Part shown: positions 9,526 to 18,352 of the stretch, in pieces
How the letters are laid out: every line of letters starts with the position of its first letter
Position numbering within the stretch: the stretch's first letter is position 1
Source of the DNA: an uncultured Candidatus Peribacteria bacterium
GTDB taxonomy: Bacteria; Patescibacteriota; Gracilibacteria; Peribacterales; Peribacteraceae
DNA length: 41,895 nt
Direction of reading: 5' to 3'
Assembly: GCA_964434585.1 (NCBI GenBank)
Contig: CAYSVN010000002.1
Coordinates: 1 to 41,895 of the forward strand
Notes under the pieces: model-generated
The model's input: the letters and a program-made list of their open reading frames with translations, nothing else
Told to the model about the DNA's origin: nothing
Database searches by the model: none
Position numbers and translations under genes: made by a program

Positions 9526-9554
9526 TAGTTGATAATTTACTTTAATTACCTGCT

Positions 9555-11297
9555 ATGCTTAAACGAATATTACAACTTATAAAACGACATCCTATTTGGA
9601 CTGCTGTAGGCGTACTTAGCTTACTGCTATTGTTCTTTTTATTTTCTTGGTTATTTTCTGAAAAAGGGCCAGAATATATTACCGTAGAAGCTACGCAGGG
9701 AGATTTATACCAAACAGTAGAGGTTGTAGGAGAGGTAGTATCTGATAGAGACCTAGGACTTCAGTTTCCAATTTCTGGTGTAGTGAATACTGTCCTAGTA
9801 AACGAAGGCGATGTTGTAAGTGCTGGCCAAACATTGGCGCAACTGCGCTCGGGTCGTGAAGGTGCTAACATTTCTGCACAACGTGCTTTAGTAGATGCAG
9901 CAACAGCAGAATTGCGTATTTTAGAAGCGGGGACACGACCGGAAGATATTGCAATTGCTCAAGCAGATTTACAAAATAAGATGGCTAGCTTATCTACCGC
10001 TATGGCAGCACAACGTTCTGCCCAACAAACATTGCAAGCTGCTGAAGCTAATTTAAGCGCATTACAACTTGAAACAGGCGTCTCTTTAGGTGGCCAAATA
10101 ACGACGTCGCTTGCAACTACCTCACAAAATCTTAGTGTGGCCCGAGCTGCCTTAACGGCAGCAGAAAGTGTGTTAAACGAAGGTGTTATCCGTACTGCTA
10201 TTCGTAATGAAGGTACGTCACGATTAGAAGTGTTTATTCAATCAATTTCTCAGTCTAATGCAGCGATTGACGCTATTTCTACTATTGGTGTGGCTGGCTT
10301 GCCGGATACACTTACAGTATTGCAGACTGCTGTAGATGCTGTTTCGCAGGCTAGTACAACTATTGCAACACTGCGTAGTACTATTGCAACTTTACCAATC
10401 GGAGGATCGCTAACACGTAGTACACAAAATGGTTACGTTGCCACACTGACAGCGCAAGAAACCTCTGTGCAGAGTGCTCTTAGTGGCGTACAAGGAGCAT
10501 TTACGAGTTTAAAAAGTGCCTCTGCTGGTTTGGATACCCGTATCAGTAATGAACAATCTGCGCTTACCAATGCTCAAGGTTCTTATGATAGAGCCAGCTC
10601 TGACATTGCGACATTCCAAAGCTTGGTTACTATTGCGCAAGCTCAGCTTGATAAGATAAAAGCAGGAGCAAGACCAGGTGAGCTTGATGCTGCTAGAGCA
10701 CGTGTTCGCCAGGCTCAAGCCAACTTATATAGTGCATCTGTTGCCTGGACTGATACTCAGCTTAAAGCACCGGTTGCTGGCCTTATTACTAAAGTAAATG
10801 TAAAAGCTGGTGAATTTAGCCCACCAGGTCCAGCGGTAAACATGCTTGGTAACAGTCCTTTTAGAATGGAGGTATTTGTTAGTGAAATTGATGTACCTAA
10901 ATTAAATGCCGCGCAGTCTGGAACTACAACACTCGAGGCATTTTCGGGCATTAATTACGCCATGCGTGTTAGTGACATTGATAGTGATACTACCGATCGT
11001 GATGGTACTCCTAAATATAAAGTACTTCTTGATTTTGTATATGATCACCCTGAATTTAAAGTTGGTATGACAGGGGATGCTACGATTATTACTGACAGCC
11101 GTACTGACGCTATCTCTGTGCCTGGCCGTGCAGTGTTAACGCGTGATGATGGCACAGAGTACATTCGCATTCGTAAAGATGCTCAAACAGTTATAGAACG
11201 GGATGTGGAGCTTGGTATTAGTGGTGAAGATGGCCTTGTAGAAGTACTAAAAGGTGTCTCTGCTGGAGAAGAGGTTATTGTGCTAGAGAAAGAGTAA
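9555..11297 (+). CDS. HlyD/MacA-type periplasmic adaptor (membrane fusion protein) with unusually long A/S/T/Q-rich helical insert
   Basis: N-terminal TM anchor. Lipoyl-like segments GVVNTVLVNEGDVVSAGQTLAQL and APVAGLITKVNVKAGEF. Beta-barrel/MP tail (DVELGISGEDGLVEVLKGVSAGEEVIV). 580 aa. Confidence 0.75.
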   Translation: MLKRILQLIKRHPIWTAVGVLSLLLLFFLFSWLFSEKGPEYITVEATQGDLYQTVEVVGEVVSDRDLGLQFPISGVVNTVLVNEGDVVSAGQTLAQLRSGREGANISAQRALVDAATAELRILEAGTRPEDIAIAQADLQNKMASLSTAMAAQRSAQQTLQAAEANLSALQLETGVSLGGQITTSLATTSQNLSVARAALTAAESVLNEGVIRTAIRNEGTSRLEVFIQSISQSNAAIDAISTIGVAGLPDTLTVLQTAVDAVSQASTTIATLRSTIATLPIGGSLTRSTQNGYVATLTAQETSVQSALSGVQGAFTSLKSASAGLDTRISNEQSALTNAQGSYDRASSDIATFQSLVTIAQAQLDKIKAGARPGELDAARARVRQAQANLYSASVAWTDTQLKAPVAGLITKVNVKAGEFSPPGPAVNMLGNSPFRMEVFVSEIDVPKLNAAQSGTTTLEAFSGINYAMRVSDIDSDTTDRDGTPKYKVLLDFVYDHPEFKVGMTGDATIITDSRTDAISVPGRAVLTRDDGTEYIRIRKDAQTVIERDVELGISGEDGLVEVLKGVSAGEEVIVLEKE

Positions 11298-11704
11298 GGC
11301 AGGGATTAGGTTGCGGGAATTAGGGATTAGTGTTAGATTACTATCTTATGCCTATTAATAATTTTAAAGATCTCATTGTTTGGCAAAAATCTATGTATCT
11401 AGCTGAAATTATTCATGATATTTCGAAATTGTATCCAAATGATGAGCGTTATGGTCTTACAGGTCAGATCAGAAGGTGTGCGGTTTCAATTCCTTCAAAT
11501 ATTGCTGAGGGGTATTGTCGTAGTACCAGTAAAGACTACGCACGTTTTTTACATATTGCTTATGGATCTGCTGCTGAACTTGAAACCCAGTTACTTCTTT
11601 CAAAAAAATTTGGCTATATTAATTCTCAACAATTTCAATGTTGTGAATCAGTTTTGATAGAAATTCTTACCCCTAAACCTTAACCTCTAACCCCTAACCT
11701 TACC
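11296..11704. repeat. Imperfect inverted repeats of TTAGGG/GGGATTA-like units bracketing the four-helix-bundle gene (IVS-like cassette)
   Basis: The left arm at 11296-11336 (aaggcagggattaggttgcgggaattagggattag) is approximately the reverse complement of the right arm at 11666-11704 (cttacccctaaaccttaacctctaacccctaaccttacc). Confidence 0.6.
11348..11683 (+). CDS. Four-helix-bundle protein (23S rRNA intervening-sequence protein family)
   Basis: FKDLIVWQKSMYLAEIIHDISKLYPNDERYGLTGQIRRCAVSIPSNIAEGYCR...YGSAAELETQLLL is the family signature. The ATG at 11348 is preferred over the GTG at 11330. Confidence 0.88.
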   Translation: MPINNFKDLIVWQKSMYLAEIIHDISKLYPNDERYGLTGQIRRCAVSIPSNIAEGYCRSTSKDYARFLHIAYGSAAELETQLLLSKKFGYINSQQFQCCESVLIEILTPKP

Positions 11705-12041
11705 GTAAATCTGTTTCTACAATACTTTCTTCACAAACTGGTAACATAGCGTTTGGAGCTTGCCATGCTAGTAATGTCACTAGGATTAATACAATAATAG
11801 AACCAATAACTTTACTACTGGTTGGTTCTAACGAATGATATCTGCCCATTAAACTATAAAGGGTTGTTTCTACTATATGGTGCGCAATAATTATAACAGC
11901 AAAAAATGTAAGTACCACTAGCAGACACCCAATAGTACTTAAGCCGGTTTGAATACCTGCAATTGTTAAACCTGGACCACAGCCCTCTATGCCAATATTG
12001 GTTATAAGCGGCATAGAGAGTGATGTAACTAGGTCCATCAT
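11700..12041 (-). CDS. Small integral membrane protein, unknown function
   Basis: 113 aa with 3 hydrophobic segments. It lies 3 nt downstream of the 617-aa gene on the same strand. Confidence 0.55.
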   Translation of the reverse strand: MMDLVTSLSMPLITNIGIEGCGPGLTIAGIQTGLSTIGCLLVVLTFFAVIIIAHHIVETTLYSLMGRYHSLEPTSSKVIGSIIVLILVTLLAWQAPNAMLPVCEESIVETDLR

Positions 12042-12044
12042 GGT

Positions 12045-13898
12045 TTAGTTTAGGAAGATAGCAAATTCTGTTAAATTGTAATTAAATATTTGGTTTAAAT
12101 TTCTCCAGAAGTTTGTATCTGTCATAGTACCTGTTTCTAGGTATGGATATGCGCTACTACCGTGTACCCAACTTACTAAGTCTAACGTGGTTGGTTCGTA
12201 AAATACTTTACGCATGTTTACACCTTGGCTGCTGTCTCTCCAAAAAGGAACAAGTTTCTCGCCTTTAAGAATGCTTCTTGTTTCTTTTAAGGTTGATTTC
12301 CAGGCATCGATCATTTCTTGGCTAAGGTCCATGCCAATGACGCTATTTTGATTAGCGTTCGGTACCCATTCAAAATTATTATCAGTTTCTTTTTCTATAA
12401 AATTCCATGATGCTAGACTTTGATCCATCATGGTTAATAAATTATTATGAGCGTCTTTCATTTTTTGTTGATTGGTAACTTTCCAGTTAATTTCGTGAAT
12501 AACTGCAATTAAATCTACAAAACTAAACAGTTCTTCTGTGGTTCCATTTGTTAAAAATGTGTATGGAGTATCAGTTTCTGGAAATAGTAAGTGTCCAGTT
12601 TTATGGAAAATATCTTTAGTATCATGAGCCAGTAGTATGCTACTAAATCCCATCATAAAATTGGAATATCCACGTAACCAATGAACGTCACCTCTATCAA
12701 AATTAATGTAAAATGGTTCGTTATTTATACCGCGAACTGTTCCAGTCATTAAATTTAATAAGGTTTCATTATCCTCAATTGTTCCTGAATTATTAATATC
12801 TAACTTAATATCATGCACAGGAATCATCATGGCAACATCGCTATCAATGTCTTTTAACGTTTTATCAACCAGTGCCATGTCGCTATTAAATTGCTTGATG
12901 ATACTTCTAAATCTATCGTGTGTTATTTTTTGAGGGTTTGGGTTTGGTTCTACCGGTAGCCTAAAAATAGGTACAACCATTAATTGTTGATCAATGTTGC
13001 CTGCGCCATAAGTGTAAAGACTATTACCTAATTTTTTAAATGTGTTTACCAACCTTAACATTGCAAGTCCTAATACAACTTCATCTTTATTTACAGAGCT
13101 GTTTCTAAACTGCTCTAAGGTTTCCGTTAATGCAATCATACCCGCATCAAGATCTCCACTCACTAAATACTGCTCTGCAGGGTTTGCTGTGTACTCATCT
13201 GGTTTAGCTAGTTGGGATCCTGCGTTACTGCTACTACCTAGTGGTAGTTGGTTGCTACCAGGCGTACAGTTGGGAGCTCGCATGTCTTGTTCTACGCGTT
13301 GCATCATTACAACCATTTCTGCCCAAATAATATTGTTATTAGGGTAAAAATTTCTATTACGACCACCTTGCAATACACAGGCATTTGCTAGGTACTGCAT
13401 GTTGTAATAGTACCACTCGTTGTTTAATACATCGGGCATGGTAACGTCGCTTTGTACATTACGCCAAGTATCGTGCACTTCACTAAAAAGCTTTGCTGCA
13501 GCAGCGCGATTAATATTGGCATTTGCATTAACATTACAAGGTCTGGCCCCGCTGTAAACACAGTCGTTGTTACCAGTTACCATTCCATATTCTTTTGCTA
13601 ACGCAATTTCTTTAAAATAAGGATCGCCTGGTTTGTTATCATCAAAGTAATAAGCGTTATCATCTTGTTTTAAAATTTCTGGGGTTTCCTCGCTATACCA
13701 AGAAGTTCGTGTAAGTATGGCAATTAACTCACCGCGTGTTACAGGTTTGTCGGCTACAAAATTCATGCCTTCTAAATAACCTTTATCTACAGCTTCCTGG
13801 TAGGCATTGCTATACCATTGCTGCGCGTTTATTACTGGAATATGGCTTAGTATCAATACTGCTATTACAAGTAATGAGACTACTTTATTATGATTCAT
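12045..13898 (-). CDS. Secreted protein with N-terminal SLH-like repeats, large unassigned C-terminal domain
   Basis: Signal peptide MNHNKVVSLLVIAVLILSHIPVINAQ. SLH-like motif KGYLEGMNFVADKPVTRGELIAILTR plus two weaker repeats. Confidence 0.6.
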   Translation of the reverse strand: MNHNKVVSLLVIAVLILSHIPVINAQQWYSNAYQEAVDKGYLEGMNFVADKPVTRGELIAILTRTSWYSEETPEILKQDDNAYYFDDNKPGDPYFKEIALAKEYGMVTGNNDCVYSGARPCNVNANANINRAAAAKLFSEVHDTWRNVQSDVTMPDVLNNEWYYYNMQYLANACVLQGGRNRNFYPNNNIIWAEMVVMMQRVEQDMRAPNCTPGSNQLPLGSSSNAGSQLAKPDEYTANPAEQYLVSGDLDAGMIALTETLEQFRNSSVNKDEVVLGLAMLRLVNTFKKLGNSLYTYGAGNIDQQLMVVPIFRLPVEPNPNPQKITHDRFRSIIKQFNSDMALVDKTLKDIDSDVAMMIPVHDIKLDINNSGTIEDNETLLNLMTGTVRGINNEPFYINFDRGDVHWLRGYSNFMMGFSSILLAHDTKDIFHKTGHLLFPETDTPYTFLTNGTTEELFSFVDLIAVIHEINWKVTNQQKMKDAHNNLLTMMDQSLASWNFIEKETDNNFEWVPNANQNSVIGMDLSQEMIDAWKSTLKETRSILKGEKLVPFWRDSSQGVNMRKVFYEPTTLDLVSWVHGSSAYPYLETGTMTDTNFWRNLNQIFNYNLTEFAIFLN

Positions 13899-13994
13899 AA
13901 AATTGATGTAAGAAAAATATTACTAGTAGCTTACTATAGCTTTTTGTGTTCGAATAGCGGGCTTGCAGTATTTTTACTATTTTGTCACGTACAT

Positions 13995-14963
13995 TTAAGA
14001 GCTAAATATACTCGAAATAAAATCTACATTTTGAATCAGAATAGCAATAATCACTGATACCCCTAAGCCAACGAGCAGCTTCATCATGTCTTTACCGATA
14101 ATAGGGAAGACATGTTTAACTTTGTAGGTAGCAGATTGCACCGTTGCAATGGCTAACTCTCGTCCACACAACATTCCTACAAACACCCAGGTTGTACTCA
14201 TTGGAATATCGTTATATTGTTTAAAGTACACTAGCAAAAATGCGTAAAACAAATCAACAAAGGTAGCGCTACGTACGTATGTAGTGTCCTTTTTACTAAG
14301 GACAATTTCTTGAATTTTACCGCCCTGTTGCCTAAAGGTATACGCTAGCCCAATTACAAATACCGCTAGTACAAATAGTAACATTGGTAGACTTAATGTT
14401 CTTGGTAGAAATACGGCAACATTAGCCATATCGTGGCTCAACCAACTAAACCATAAAAACCCAGTTGAAACCCACTGAAACGCTCTCCAGCGCCATTCGT
14501 GCTCTGGTTTAATGGGGTCTTTGTGTTCATCCCATCTGCTTAGTAGTAGCCACAATACATAAGCTGTTGTGGCAGCTAATCCATAACCAATTGCAGATTT
14601 TACTAAGATTTTTTCGAACACTAAAGATGACGCAAACGCGCTTAATACCAGTAAAGATGTGGAAACAGGAATTCCGAACCTGGTAAGTATTACTAAGGCA
14701 AGCGGCGCACAAGCGTGATACCACTGTATTTCTACAAACGGGATTTTAGTTAACCTACCAAACGAAATATCACCACCGGTTGTTACCCAGCTATATGTTA
14801 ACGTTGCCACTAAAATACCAGCGATAAACAACCATAGGTAATACCATTTAAATTTTTTGTTACTAGCAATAAACGTTCCAAGTGTTTGAACGCTATCATT
14901 ACCAACTACAGAGTAGCCAGCTAGCAGAAAGCCAATGATCATCCAGAAGGTTACACCATCCAT
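13995..14963 (-). CDS. Polytopic membrane transporter, distant PiT/PHO4-like
   Basis: About 10 hydrophobic helices. GNDSVQTLGT and SHDMANV resemble the duplicated PiT signature. The internal ATG at 14963 (MDGVTFW...) is preferred over the start at 15017. Confidence 0.4.
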   Translation of the reverse strand: MDGVTFWMIIGFLLAGYSVVGNDSVQTLGTFIASNKKFKWYYLWLFIAGILVATLTYSWVTTGGDISFGRLTKIPFVEIQWYHACAPLALVILTRFGIPVSTSLLVLSAFASSLVFEKILVKSAIGYGLAATTAYVLWLLLSRWDEHKDPIKPEHEWRWRAFQWVSTGFLWFSWLSHDMANVAVFLPRTLSLPMLLFVLAVFVIGLAYTFRQQGGKIQEIVLSKKDTTYVRSATFVDLFYAFLLVYFKQYNDIPMSTTWVFVGMLCGRELAIATVQSATYKVKHVFPIIGKDMMKLLVGLGVSVIIAILIQNVDFISSIFSS

Positions 14964-15034
14964 GCGCAAACATAGTAGGGATAGGATTTTTAAAATGCAA
15001 CTGTAGCATTTGTACAAACGCTGTTAAATGTCCT

Positions 15035-15325
15035 ATGCTTGTATTATTAATGGTAACATTCGCAGCAATCATTGGCGTGTTAACAGTTACTATGGGTATT
15101 TTGGTAAAAATTGTTGGTTTCCCAGACCAGATTCGTAAAAATTATCAACGTAAATCTACAGAAGGCCTTTCGGATACGTTAATGTTTATGTCGGTTATTG
15201 GTTACAGCCTTTGGGTGATTCATGGCGTCTTACAAGGTGACTGGGTCTTAATTTTAGGCCAAGGGCTTGGTGTTATTATGTCTGGTATTATCGTTTTTCA
15301 AATTATTTATTATCGTAAAAAATAA
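15035..15325 (+). CDS. SemiSWEET / PQ-loop-like 3-TM protein
   Basis: 96 aa with 3 TM helices. FPDQIRKNYQRKSTEGLS resembles the PQ-loop motif region of SemiSWEETs. Confidence 0.5.
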   Translation: MLVLLMVTFAAIIGVLTVTMGILVKIVGFPDQIRKNYQRKSTEGLSDTLMFMSVIGYSLWVIHGVLQGDWVLILGQGLGVIMSGIIVFQIIYYRKK

Positions 15326-15700
15326 ATTGATGATTGAGCTCTTTGCAGAAATCAATCATAAGCTCATAATACTCGTTCAAACATGCTGTTGCGTATTTTA
15401 TATTAAAAGATCTTTACTTTTTTACTAGCACTCAGTATACTTTTTTCTTATAAACAAGCTTAAAACTCCAAGTTCTGGCTTCAATAACTTACGACAAAGT
15501 AAATCTGCTGCGGTCTCTAATAAGCGTGGTGTAGTTCGCGGTGCATTTTATGGCGCACTGGCTGGTGGCGCGCTTGGCTTGCTTACCAGTCTTTCGACGG
15601 TTTCTATGGCTGCACTTGGCACGTTGGTAGGTGCAAGTATTAACTATTTTCGTTCTGGTACCAAAAATAAAGTTAATAGTTTACTGGCTACAACGTAATT

Positions 15701-15913
15701 ATGAGTAGCATTGAACGCCCATCGGAAGATTTAGAAACACCTAATGTTCCACCCCCAATGACGACGGTTCAAGACATTCGTAACTTAGCACTGGCTGGTA
15801 TTGCTGGTGCGTTAATTGGCAGTACAGCCTTACCTGATTATGGTCATATGGGATGGATGTCTGGCACTGCTACTGCATTACTAATTGCCGGCCTGTGGCA
15901 AGCTAGGTCTTAG
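15701..15913 (+). CDS. Small Gly/Ala-rich membrane protein
   Basis: 70 aa with two glycine-zipper-like hydrophobic segments. Confidence 0.4.
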   Translation: MSSIERPSEDLETPNVPPPMTTVQDIRNLALAGIAGALIGSTALPDYGHMGWMSGTATALLIAGLWQARS

Positions 15914-15917
15914 CTGC

Positions 15918-16739
15918 TTATAAAAACAGTATTAAACTTAGAGCCATTACTGCCATTCCTGCAATAAGCCCATAAATAGATAAATGGTGCTGGCCATATT
16001 TTTGAGCAGTTGGTAGTAGTTGGTCTAATGAAATAAATACCATAATTCCTGCAACTCCAGCAAAAACGATGCCAAAAGTGGCTTCTCCAAATAGCTTTCC
16101 TAGTAAAAAATAACCTAGTAGCGCACCAATTGGCTCTGCTACCCCCGAAAGCGCTGAATACCAAAATGCCTTTTTGCGACTGCCCGTTGCATGATAAATA
16201 GGGATAGATACCGCGATTCCTTCTGGAATGTTGTGAATAGCAATTGCAATTGCAATAGCAATACCAAGGCTAGGATCTTCGATGGTTGCTAAAAATGTTG
16301 CGAGACCTTCTGGAAAATTATGGATGGCAATAGCTAATGCAGTAAAAAGCCCCATGCGCAAAAGATGATCTTTTTTCTTAACTTGCTTATTGTCCATTTC
16401 TTCCACATTACGAATTTCATGTGGATTGCCATGATCATGATCTATCAACCTATCAATTAATAAAATAACTGCAATACCAATAAAGAAACCTAGTGTTGCG
16501 AATTGGTAACCTGTTACCTCGCTATTAAAAGCAATAGCGAGTGAATTTTTTGCTTTTACTAAAATTTCCACAAACGACACATACAGCATTACTCCTGCAG
16601 AAAATCCTAACGCTACTGATAAAAACCTATCATTTGTTGGCTTGGCAATAAATGCCAACATGCTACCAATTCCGGTAGCGAGCCCAGCAAATAAAGTTAG
16701 GCCAAATGCTAGTGCAATGGTTGAAGTTGAAATATCCAT
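15918..16739 (-). CDS. zupT: ZIP-family zinc transporter ZupT
   Basis: Colinear with ZupT. Contains [10 protein letters not shown] and [14 protein letters not shown] motifs and a His-rich loop (DHDHGNPHE). Confidence 0.88.
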   Translation of the reverse strand: MDISTSTIALAFGLTLFAGLATGIGSMLAFIAKPTNDRFLSVALGFSAGVMLYVSFVEILVKAKNSLAIAFNSEVTGYQFATLGFFIGIAVILLIDRLIDHDHGNPHEIRNVEEMDNKQVKKKDHLLRMGLFTALAIAIHNFPEGLATFLATIEDPSLGIAIAIAIAIHNIPEGIAVSIPIYHATGSRKKAFWYSALSGVAEPIGALLGYFLLGKLFGEATFGIVFAGVAGIMVFISLDQLLPTAQKYGQHHLSIYGLIAGMAVMALSLILFL

Positions 16740-16805
16740 AGTGGTATTTTATCAGCTCTATTGGTTTTTTCTAGTGTTTGTATTTATTGTAAGCTTTTCT
16801 TTAAG

Positions 16806-16895
16806 TGGCGGAGAGAACGGGATTCGAACCCGTGAGACTTTTGCAAGTCTACACGCTTTCCAAGCGTGCGCATTCGACCACTCTGCCATCTCTCC
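16806..16895 (-). tRNA. tRNA-Ser (anticodon GGA), CCA encoded
   Basis: The reverse complement reads GGAGAGA...CACGC-UUGGAAA-GCGUG, a long variable arm AGACUU-GCAA-AAGUCU, T arm ACGGG-UUCGAAU-CCCGU, then UCUCUCC-G-CCA. Confidence 0.93.
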
Positions 16896-16972
16896 ATGAT
16901 CATCATAGTCGGTAAACTATAGTTGTATTCTATAGTGCCTGCAATTTATATAGATTTATAGCAATTTTCTTT

Positions 16973-17326
16973 TTATTGTTCTCGTAGAATTTTTTCTATT
17001 TTTTTGCCTTTGGCTAGCTCATCAATCAATTTATCTAGGTAGCGAATTTCTTTCATTAAAGGATGCTCAATATCTTCTATTCTAACACCGCAAATAACTC
17101 CTGTTATTAATACGCGGTTTGGATTAAGCTCTGGAGACTCGGAAAAAAACGTCCTAAAATCTACCTTTTTTTGTAGCTGAGACTCTAATTGTTTTTGGCT
17201 ATAGCCAGTAAGCCAACAAATAATAATATCGACCTCTGCTTTAGTGTGATCTTTTTTTTCTGCCTTTTGGACATAGTATGGATACACGCTTGCAAAGCTA
17301 GTGGTATAGATTCGGTGGTCTTTCAT
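16973..17326 (-). CDS. DUF2200-family protein
   Basis: [38 protein letters not shown] matches my recollection of the DUF2200 N-terminal signature. Confidence 0.6.
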   Translation of the reverse strand: MKDHRIYTTSFASVYPYYVQKAEKKDHTKAEVDIIICWLTGYSQKQLESQLQKKVDFRTFFSESPELNPNRVLITGVICGVRIEDIEHPLMKEIRYLDKLIDELAKGKKIEKILREQ

Positions 17327-17454
17327 GTTGTTATTATAGCACTATACTTTTTATAGTTAAAACATGTTTTTTATCTATTGCAATTCTTTATATTTGCATA
17401 AAGTATAGTTACTATATAAAGTAAAGCTTCTTACTTACTTTACCCCTTTAATTT

Positions 17455-17574
17455 ATGGGAGATACATGTACCGATGGTTCTTGCAACAAAGACCACAAAT
17501 CAGCAGAGTGCGCCGATAAAACAAAAGCTTGCGATAGCGCAGAATGCAAAAACGGTGCTTGCGAAACTAAATAG
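17455..17574 (+). CDS. 39-aa six-cysteine peptide (not in ORF track)
   Basis: The ORF from ATG to TAG encodes MGDTCTDGSCNKDHKSAECADKTKACDSAECKNGACETK. A hairpin and T-tract follow about 30 nt downstream. It lies in an otherwise empty divergent intergenic region. Confidence 0.4.
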   Translation: MGDTCTDGSCNKDHKSAECADKTKACDSAECKNGACETK

Positions 17575-17604
17575 TTTTGCGTGCTACGTATAACATTTAT
17601 AATA

Positions 17605-17645
17605 GCCAGTTGAAGGAAGAGAAAGCCTGACAACTGGCTTTTATA
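17605..17645 (+). terminator. Candidate intrinsic terminator after the Cys peptide ORF
   Basis: GCCAGTTG (17605-17612) pairs with CAACTGGC (17631-17638) and is followed by TTTTAT. The loop is large but partly self-pairing (AGG/CCT). Confidence 0.45.
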
Positions 17646-17669
17646 GTAGTAACTTTGTACAATCGATTT

Positions 17670-18026
17670 ATGAAACACTATAAGTTTGATGACGGCCATT
17701 GTCCTTGTGGGGTAACTTCTGCATTGCGTGTTATTGGCGCAAAGTGGAAAATTATTATTATTGTTACCCTTGGTAAAAGTGTTAACCGTTTTAATGATCT
17801 TAAAAAAAATATTGAAAACATTAACGATCGTGCTCTTAGTTTAAAACTTAAAGAGCTAGAAGAGGACGGTTTAATTATGCGTACGGTTACAGATGGTTGT
17901 CCACCTAAGGTGGAATATAGCTTAACGGATAAAGGTAGGGACTTAACGCCTGTTATTAAAGCAGTGCATAAATGGGCAGATAAACACTTGGTTTGTGACC
18001 CAGAAGTAGAGGAATGTTGTGATTAG
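17670..18026 (+). CDS. HxlR-family winged-helix transcriptional regulator
   Basis: CPCGVTSALRVIGAKWKIIII..L....RFNDLKKNI.NINDRALSLKLKELEEDGLI.R.......KVEYSLTDKG. The ATG at 17670 is preferred over the TTG at 17655. Confidence 0.85.
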   Translation: MKHYKFDDGHCPCGVTSALRVIGAKWKIIIIVTLGKSVNRFNDLKKNIENINDRALSLKLKELEEDGLIMRTVTDGCPPKVEYSLTDKGRDLTPVIKAVHKWADKHLVCDPEVEECCD

Positions 18027-18070
18027 TTTTAAATTGATTTTAAATCGTTAATTTGCTACTATTTTTTACT

Positions 18071-18343
18071 ATGGATAAATTAGACCAAACCTACTCTCGT
18101 TTTTTTGATTGTGTGAGTCAATATACCACTCAATACTATTCAGATGCTTGCCCACATTTACTAAATGCTGCTGAAGCCACGACGGAATTACGATCGTTTT
18201 ATCGTCAATTACTTGAAGAATTGGTTTACGCTGACCCTGATGATGATCGTGTAGCTAGGATTAACCTTGCTATCCTGTCTTTAGTAGGGCAAATCAAGGA
18301 TATTGGGGTATCGCTTGTTGATTCTTCTAATACTACACTATAA
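18071..18343 (+). CDS. Hypothetical protein
   Basis: ORF only. The ATG at 18071 is preferred over the TTG at 18053. Confidence 0.4.
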   Translation: MDKLDQTYSRFFDCVSQYTTQYYSDACPHLLNAAEATTELRSFYRQLLEELVYADPDDDRVARINLAILSLVGQIKDIGVSLVDSSNTTL

Positions 18344-18352
18344 TACCTGTGT

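Noticed and set aside
9034-9554. RNase P RNA identity. I noticed UCUUAACGUUC near the 5' side, AAAGUCCAU at 9144-9152 and CUUACGAACGAACGU near 9424-9438, and a span of about 400 nt. These are reminiscent of the P1/P4 elements of Bacillus-type RNase P RNA.
   Set aside because: The GAGGA preceding AAAGUCC is absent. I could not build a convincing P4 or P1 pairing by hand. The strongest helices I found conflict with that fold. It is left as an unclassified candidate, and only a covariance-model search can decide.
11296-11704. TTAGGG-type repeats as telomeric or linear-replicon ends
   Set aside because: The units are short, imperfect, inverted around a gene and internal to a normal gene neighbourhood. 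That fits a palindromic cassette, not a telomere.
15429-15698. Open frame encoding a Gly/Ala-rich hydrophobic peptide (...GALAGGALGLLTSLSTVSMAALGTLVGAS...) just upstream of the 70-aa gene at 15701
   Set aside because: The frame has no ATG, GTG or TTG start before the internal Met (which would give only about 30 aa), so I could not define a gene. It may be a decayed duplicate of the neighbouring small membrane protein.
16642-16899. 85-aa plus-strand ORF
   Set aside because: It runs antisense through the zupT start and through tRNA-Ser, so it is a shadow ORF.
17448-17699. 83-aa minus-strand ORF between the DUF2200 and HxlR genes
   Set aside because: It is antisense to a better-supported small plus-strand ORF, its terminator and the HxlR start. 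Its sequence is low complexity.
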